Assembly: GCA_026391215.1 (NCBI GenBank)
Contig: JAPLDX010000066.1
Coordinates: 1 to 54,461, forward strand
DNA length: 54,461 nt
Source of the DNA: Bacteroidia bacterium
GTDB taxonomy: Bacteria > Bacteroidota > Bacteroidia > Bacteroidales > VadinHA17
Reading direction: 5' to 3'
In this document: positions 46,535 to 54,461 of the stretch, piece by piece
Numbering within the stretch: position 1 is the first letter of the stretch
How the letters are laid out: each line of letters opens with the position of its first letter
Program-made: the position numbers and the translations under genes
Notes under the pieces: model-generated
What the model saw: only the letters and a program-made list of their open reading frames with translations
Databases searched by the model: none
Told to the model about the DNA's origin: nothing

Positions 46535-49500
46535 ATGAACAGAAAAAGATATTTTTTTACTCTCAGCCTTTTCCTTATTATTTTCAGTAATGCCGTATCC
46601 CAGGTCTCTTTTACCGGTAAAGAGGTGAAATCGGATTTTGAGCGGGGGATGGAATTGTTCAATAAGGAAAAGTATCCCGCTGCGATCAGGCTTTTCGATT
46701 CATACATTAAAAACACTGAAAACACTAACCTGCTTACAGTCGCTGAGGCAGAATATTACAGGTCAATTGCTGCACTGAGTCTTTTCAATCCCGATGCTGA
46801 ATTCAGAATGGTATCTTTTATCCGCACCCATCCTGAAAGCCCGAGGATCAATGAAGCATATCTGGCTCTCGGCGATTATTTCTATCAGAATAAAAACTAC
46901 AGGAAGGCAGTAACCTACTATGAAGAAGTAAACAGGCAGGAACTTTCTGCGGAAAAACTGCCGGAATATTTCTTCAGGCTCGGCTATTCTCATTTTGTAC
47001 GGGGCGAAAAACCCAGGGCTCTCCTTATGTTTTCAGAGATAAAGGATATTGATACAGAGTACACTCCACCTGCTGTCTATTATTTTTCTCATATAGCTTA
47101 TGAACAGAAAATGTACCAGACAGCAATGGAAGGTTTTTCCAGGCTGAAGGGTGACGAAACTTTCGGAAGCGTAGTACCCTTTTATATTGTACAGATACTC
47201 TATCTTCAGAAGAATTATGACGAAATACTTAAAATTGCACCTGATCTTATCAGCTCAGCCGGAAAGGACCGGGCTATTGAACTTTACAGGTTTATTGGAG
47301 ACGCTTATTACAACAAGGGGAATTATAAGGAAGCATTGCCGTATCTCGAAAAATTTGCCACCGGCACAATAATAAGCGGCAGGGAGGATAAATACCAGCT
47401 TGCCTACTGCTACTATAAAACGGGAGAGATAGATAAGGCAATAACTATGTTGCGCGAAATAGGTTCAAGGAATGATCTCCTCAGCCAGAATATATGGTTT
47501 ATCCTTGGCGATTGTTATCTTCAGAAGGGAGATAAAAAGCGTGCTCAATTCGGATTTTCGGAAGCCTCAAAGCTTGACTTTGATAAAAAGATAAAGGAAG
47601 ATGCCCTTTTCAATTATGCAAAGATCACCTATGAGACATCATATTCTCCTTTTGGCGAGGCCACTGCCTCCTTTCAGAAATATATTGAAGAATATCCCGG
47701 TTCAGACAGGATAGAGGTAGCTTATAATTATCTGGTGTCTACTTACTTGCAGGCTAAGAACTATAAAGCTGCCCTTGCGTCCCTTGACAGGATCAGAAGT
47801 AAGGATAGCAGACTGGAGGAGGCATATCAGAGAGTGGCATTCTTCAGGGGACTTGAACTTTTTAAGAACATGGAGCTTGAAGCTTCAGTAAATATGTTCG
47901 ATAAATCGCTTAAATATCAAAAATATGACCGTCAGCTGAAAGCCAGGGCGATCTACTGGAGAGGGGAAGCTAACTACAGGCTTGGCAACTTTGAAAATGC
48001 TAAAGCAGACTATTCAGAATTTATGGCAATACCCGGCTCATTGCTCTTAGGTGAATCAGGTCTTGTAAGGTATAATCTCGGCTATGCGCTGTACAACCTC
48101 AGGGATTATCCAAATGCTCTCACTAATCTGAAATCATTTGAATCCAATGTTGCCAGTGCAAGATCAGAAGTAATGGCAGATGCCAGGAACAGGATCGGCG
48201 ATTGCTATTATATAACCACAAGCTATCCGGAGGCAATAAGCTATTACGATAAAGTTATCGATTTCGGCAAGGTGGATGCAGATTATGCGATGTTCCAGAA
48301 AGGATTTTCGCTGGGGCTCATGAGTGATGAACGGGGAAAATCGGAAGTCCTTACATTGCTTGTGTCGAGGTATCCGTCTTCTGCCTATGTTCCGAATGCT
48401 ATCTTTGAAAGGGGCAGGGCATACCTTGTTCTGAATGAATTTTCAAAAGGCGAAGCGGACTTCAATACTATCATAACATCTTACCAGTCAACACCTTTTG
48501 TTCCAAGGGCAATTGTTCAGCTCGGACTCCTTTATTATAACCTGGGAGAAAATGAAAAAGCTATTGCCCAGTATAAGAAAGTAATAGAAAATTATAAATC
48601 AACTCCCGAAGCGCGTTATGCATTGACAGGCCTTAAGAATGCTTATGTTGAAATAAATGATGTTGATGCCTATTTCGCATATCTTAAAACCCTGCAGGGA
48701 TATGGCGATGTAAACCTGGCTCAGAAGGATTCTCTTCTTTATACCTCGGGCGAAAATCTGTATATCAATGGTAAATATGACAGGGCAACAGAGATATTCA
48801 GGAATTATCTGAATGAGTTTCCAAACGGGAGCTTCCTTCAAAATGCACAGTTTTACCTTGCCGAATGCCTCAGGTCGACAGGGAAGAACGAAGAAGCCGT
48901 TAAACTGTATACTGCTGTTACAGATGCACCAAACAACCAGTTTACTGAACAGGCGCTAATGGCAGCTGCAGGAATTTATTACGATATGGAGGATTTTGCT
49001 TCGTCACTGAAGAATTATGAGATACTTGAAAAAGTGGCAGGAAATTCCGAGAACAAGATAATTTCGCTGAGAGGAGGGCTCAGATCTGCTTACCAGCTTG
49101 GCGATGCACAGAAAACCATTTCAGTTGCAGATAAGATAAATGGCACAGTAAATGTCCCGGAAGAACTGATGAGGGAATCTGTATTCATGAGGGCGAAAGC
49201 AAATTACAGTCTTAATAATTTTGATGAGGCTCTTAGCGATTTCAGGAAAACCGCGACTGAAGTTGCAAGCATTGAAGGTGCAGAGTCAAAATACAGGGTT
49301 GCCGAACTGCTCTTCAGAAAGGAACAGGTAATAGAATCCGAGAAAGTTGTTAATGAGTTTATTGATCAGAATACTCCGCACCAGTACTGGATGGCAAGAA
49401 TGTTCATCCTTCTTTCAGACATAAGTGTTAAAAAGGGAGATACTCTTCAGGCAAGAGCAACTCTTCAGAGCCTTAAAGACTACTATACCATCGATAATGA

Positions 49501-49555
49501 CGGGATCCTTGATGAAGTAAAGTCGAAGCTTGATGCCCTGAGCCAAAATAACTGA
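46535..49555 (+). CDS. Large secreted tetratricopeptide-repeat protein
   Basis: Signal peptide; many TPR units (LGDYFY, IGDAYY, LGYALY, P.S linkers) over 1006 aa. Confidence 0.92.
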   Translation: MNRKRYFFTLSLFLIIFSNAVSQVSFTGKEVKSDFERGMELFNKEKYPAAIRLFDSYIKNTENTNLLTVAEAEYYRSIAALSLFNPDAEFRMVSFIRTHPESPRINEAYLALGDYFYQNKNYRKAVTYYEEVNRQELSAEKLPEYFFRLGYSHFVRGEKPRALLMFSEIKDIDTEYTPPAVYYFSHIAYEQKMYQTAMEGFSRLKGDETFGSVVPFYIVQILYLQKNYDEILKIAPDLISSAGKDRAIELYRFIGDAYYNKGNYKEALPYLEKFATGTIISGREDKYQLAYCYYKTGEIDKAITMLREIGSRNDLLSQNIWFILGDCYLQKGDKKRAQFGFSEASKLDFDKKIKEDALFNYAKITYETSYSPFGEATASFQKYIEEYPGSDRIEVAYNYLVSTYLQAKNYKAALASLDRIRSKDSRLEEAYQRVAFFRGLELFKNMELEASVNMFDKSLKYQKYDRQLKARAIYWRGEANYRLGNFENAKADYSEFMAIPGSLLLGESGLVRYNLGYALYNLRDYPNALTNLKSFESNVASARSEVMADARNRIGDCYYITTSYPEAISYYDKVIDFGKVDADYAMFQKGFSLGLMSDERGKSEVLTLLVSRYPSSAYVPNAIFERGRAYLVLNEFSKGEADFNTIITSYQSTPFVPRAIVQLGLLYYNLGENEKAIAQYKKVIENYKSTPEARYALTGLKNAYVEINDVDAYFAYLKTLQGYGDVNLAQKDSLLYTSGENLYINGKYDRATEIFRNYLNEFPNGSFLQNAQFYLAECLRSTGKNEEAVKLYTAVTDAPNNQFTEQALMAAAGIYYDMEDFASSLKNYEILEKVAGNSENKIISLRGGLRSAYQLGDAQKTISVADKINGTVNVPEELMRESVFMRAKANYSLNNFDEALSDFRKTATEVASIEGAESKYRVAELLFRKEQVIESEKVVNEFIDQNTPHQYWMARMFILLSDISVKKGDTLQARATLQSLKDYYTIDNDGILDEVKSKLDALSQNN

Positions 49556-49576
49556 TAATTAAAAAACTAATTTCTG

Positions 49577-51295
49577 ATGAAACGAATCCTCATAATACAA
49601 CTCCTGATACTTCTGATTCTCGTGCCTGTTTCTGCACAGACCGGCCAGCAGGATCTGAAACGGGAGGTGACTCTATATAATCCTTACAAACCTTCCCTTT
49701 CCCCCGCTAAGAAGAGAAGCTTCTTTCCCAATATGGAAGACACCACAAGACTTAATCCCGGCTTTAAATATGACATCACCATTAAGCCGTTTATGCCGGA
49801 ATATACTATCAGCCCCATAAAAGCTGCATCGCTTGTGCCCGATCCTCTTCCAAAGCTGTATAAAAGCTGGGTAAAAATAGGATTCGGCAATTATATCACA
49901 CCCCTTGCAGAGGTCAGTATTTCAAATGAACGTTCAAAAAAAGGAGCTGTCGGCTTCTATGCACGGCACTTTTCGACAAATGGAAAAGTAAAACTTCAGA
50001 ATGAGGAAAAAGTATATGCCGGATACATGGATAATGATGCTTCCCTTTACGGCAGGAAATTCTTCAGATACAATTACCTGGAGGGCTCTGTTGATTACAG
50101 CCAGAGGGTAAGGTATGCATATGGTTACGATACCAGTATTGCAGGCTATGAAACACCCGCAAATAAGGATATTAAGCTGGGATATAATAACATTGGCGCT
50201 GATATATCAGTTGCCTCCCTGACGCTCGATTCTGCAAAGTTCTCCTATGATTTCGATGCTGATTACGATTTCTTCTTTAGTGCTTCTGAACGCTACCAGC
50301 ATCACGCAGGACTGACCGGAACCATGGCAACATTATATAAAGGTTTCTACGCAGGATCAGGAATTGATTTTGACTTTTATCGTCCGGCAAATGATATTTT
50401 TGACGGATCAAAGTTTATAGTTGCACTTAGCCCGTTCATTAAAAAAAGCACCCAACAGTGGAATTTCAAGGCAGGCATTCAGCTGCTTCTCGATAAAGAT
50501 ACGACAGCCTCGCCAAAATTTTATTTTTACCCTGATGTCCTGTTTGGATTCAGTGTGGTACCTGAGTATGTAAGCTTCTTTGCCGGCCTCAATGGAAAGC
50601 TTGAGATAAATGAACCTCAGAGTGTCATTGAAGAAAATCCTTTTGTCTATGATTTCTGGGGAACTCTTTTCCTTCTTAAGAATACGAGCCATCAGCTTAT
50701 TGTATCAGCAGGACTAAAAGGAAATACCGGAATTGGAGGCAACTACCTTGTATCTGCTTCATATTCATTTATTAATGACATGCTGTTTTTCTCCAACCTG
50801 CTTTCCCCCGGGTTGATACCACCGGGGCCACAGATGGGTAACTACTTTATCCCGCTTACCGACGACGGGGAGCTACTAAAGATACATGGAGAGATGAATG
50901 GCATTATTAATGATGAATTTACCTACAGTGGAAGCGCAAACTGGTATAATTATACCCTTACAAACCAGGAATATCCATGGAATAAGCCCGGATGGGACGG
51001 GCAGATTGGGCTAAAATACAACCTGAGAGACAAAATTATAGCCGGGATTGGAGTAACTGCCCTGGGCAGGCGAAACAATGTTGTATCAAATGTAAATATG
51101 CTTATTGGAACGACCCTGATTAAGTTTGAAGAGCCTGTTCATGTGAACTTTAATATCAATGCAGAGTACAGATTCACAAATATCCTGTCATTCTGGCTCA
51201 GATTGAATAATATCTCATTCAACCGGTACAATGAATGGGCTTATTATCCTTCCCAGAGGTTTATCGGGTTGGTGGGATTTACATATAGTTTATAA
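49577..51295 (+). CDS. Outer-membrane beta-barrel protein, with no evident plug domain
   Basis: Signal peptide, Pro-rich N-terminus, alternating aromatic strands, C-terminal GFTYSL. Confidence 0.75.
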   Translation: MKRILIIQLLILLILVPVSAQTGQQDLKREVTLYNPYKPSLSPAKKRSFFPNMEDTTRLNPGFKYDITIKPFMPEYTISPIKAASLVPDPLPKLYKSWVKIGFGNYITPLAEVSISNERSKKGAVGFYARHFSTNGKVKLQNEEKVYAGYMDNDASLYGRKFFRYNYLEGSVDYSQRVRYAYGYDTSIAGYETPANKDIKLGYNNIGADISVASLTLDSAKFSYDFDADYDFFFSASERYQHHAGLTGTMATLYKGFYAGSGIDFDFYRPANDIFDGSKFIVALSPFIKKSTQQWNFKAGIQLLLDKDTTASPKFYFYPDVLFGFSVVPEYVSFFAGLNGKLEINEPQSVIEENPFVYDFWGTLFLLKNTSHQLIVSAGLKGNTGIGGNYLVSASYSFINDMLFFSNLLSPGLIPPGPQMGNYFIPLTDDGELLKIHGEMNGIINDEFTYSGSANWYNYTLTNQEYPWNKPGWDGQIGLKYNLRDKIIAGIGVTALGRRNNVVSNVNMLIGTTLIKFEEPVHVNFNINAEYRFTNILSFWLRLNNISFNRYNEWAYYPSQRFIGLVGFTYSL

Positions 51296-51304
51296 GAAAA
51301 ATAC

Positions 51305-51467
51305 ATGTACTCACCCCCTATGTTCCCCCTCTCTACTTCGTAAAGAGGAGGAAGTTGTTGTCATACAATATGTTAAGGCCCTCTCTTTGCTTCAGCCCCC
51401 TGCCTTGCGTAAGCAGGGAAGGGGGTTGGGGGAAGGGTACATGTAGTTCAGGAGGGGGTGAGTACAT
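51305..51467. mobile_element. MITE/REPIN-like non-coding element with 15-bp terminal inverted repeats
   Basis: ATGTACTCACCCCCT (51305..51319) and AGGGGGTGAGTACAT (51453..51467), plus internal hairpins. Confidence 0.7.
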
Positions 51468-51548
51468 ATGATTCAGGGACTGTTAATTTCTAAAGAAAAT
51501 TGTGCATAAATTTTAACATTATTTTATGAAAAAACGGTAAAAATTCCG

Positions 51549-51556
51549 TATTTTTG
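51549..51556 (+). promoter_or_regulatory. Candidate -7 promoter element for gyrB
   Basis: TATTTTTG matches TAnnTTTG. Confidence 0.45.
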
Positions 51557-51736
51557 TCGAGTTAATTAAATCACATGGGATCAGTTATTTACAACACGTG
51601 AAGAGAGGAATTTTCTGAGGGCTGGCTTATATTAAAAATATTTACCCCGAAAATCATTTTTATTGTCAGTTATTTAAGAGAAAAAAGATTCTCTTCAGGG
51701 ATTTATAATAGGTTTTTTAAGGTCGAAAAAAGATAA

Positions 51737-53704
<1,968 letters not shown>

Positions 53705-53718
53705 AACAGCACCAAATT

Positions 53719-54461
53719 CTATACACCAAAGAATTTCCTCTGTATTTCAACAGCGTGATGCTGACATACTTCACTGCAACAGAAACACCTGATACATTTT
53801 CTATCGGTCAGAACAACATAATTTTTCTTTTCAGGATGCATGGCTATGGCATTTACCGGGCATATCATTATGCACTCCAGGCATCCGGCACAGTTCCCGT
53901 GAAAAAATACCGGTCTTTTTTCAAGCTTTTTCAGAAACCTCAGCCTGTTCTTCAGAAACTGTAAAGAAATATTTGTATTGCCGGAGACAGGGAGCTTTTT
54001 GAAATCTTTCTTTGTAATTGTACTTAATTCAGGTCCGTCATATATGATTTCCCCCGTATCCTTCAGCCAGAGCTTCTTTAAGATTGCAACAGAAGTTGTT
54101 GGGATATCCATCGGATCATAACCGGCAATACTGCTGGCAATAACATCCAGAGCGACCGGATTCGACGATCCAAGGAGCACTTCTGTATTTACAGGCATTC
54201 CCTGTCCGGGTCCCTGACCTTCCATCCCGATTATGCCATCCATAATAAAGAAGTGAGGCATAACTGTCCTGTTAAGATCGACAAGGAAGCGGGAAAATCT
54301 CTCCCTATCCTGGTATAATGCATGCTGCTTTGCCTTGGTGAACCCCGGTACTAAGCCCAGTGTATTTTTTATTGCACCGGTAAAATAGACCAGCCCATGA
54401 TTTTTAAGCTTTGGCAGTGAGATGATCACATCAACCTCATTGATCACAGACGCTACTTTTA
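53719..54461 (-). CDS. DUF362-domain protein with C-terminal 2x[4Fe-4S] ferredoxin domain, 5'-truncated
   Basis: SLPKLKNH, TGAIKN, DGIIGMEGQGP, CAGCLECIMICP and CIRCFCCSEVC; the frame stays open to the window edge. Confidence 0.9.
   Translation of the reverse strand, partial: KVASVINEVDVIISLPKLKNHGLVYFTGAIKNTLGLVPGFTKAKQHALYQDRERFSRFLVDLNRTVMPHFFIMDGIIGMEGQGPGQGMPVNTEVLLGSSNPVALDVIASSIAGYDPMDIPTTSVAILKKLWLKDTGEIIYDGPELSTITKKDFKKLPVSGNTNISLQFLKNRLRFLKKLEKRPVFFHGNCAGCLECIMICPVNAIAMHPEKKNYVVLTDRKCIRCFCCSEVCQHHAVEIQRKFFGV

Noticed and set aside
51231-51446. 71-aa ORF across the MITE-like element
   Set aside because: It overlaps the barrel gene end and repeat DNA, and has no protein-like features.

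Overview
This is a gene-dense chromosomal window from a Bacteroidota bacterium, probably Bacteroidales. The evidence is TonB/DUF4249 modules, TAnnTTTG promoter elements, few obvious SD sequences, and a Bacteroidota-type ftsE/TPR/gyrB neighbourhood. Contents from left to right: (1) TonB-dependent receptor, two DUF4249 lipoproteins and an MG2/plug-type protein; (2) hybrid histidine kinase, a DoxX-oxidoreductase-like fusion and a GH3; (3) a ribose/nucleoside/ADP-ribose scavenging operon; (4) kdgK-GH88, a Zn polyol dehydrogenase and an internally deleted PfkB kinase; (5) a GntR-controlled six-gene operon joining a 2-oxoacid-dehydrogenase-type E1/E2 to class II aldolases, a PHP protein, and SrlD-like and SorE-like dehydrogenases; (6) a Tat oxidoreductase and a group of RNA-associated genes (CSP, RRM, NYN, and ribosomal protein THX with a long charged tail); (7) a ThDP enzyme, envelope-modification genes, ftsE, a TPR/beta-barrel pair, gyrB and a partial DUF362 ferredoxin gene. 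Intergenic regions hold a family of C6/G6 REP-like palindromes, a MITE-like element, 7- and 8-mer tandem repeats and a structured-RNA candidate. I saw no rRNA, tRNA, CRISPR array, transposase or prophage. All family calls come from recognising motifs by eye, not from database searches.
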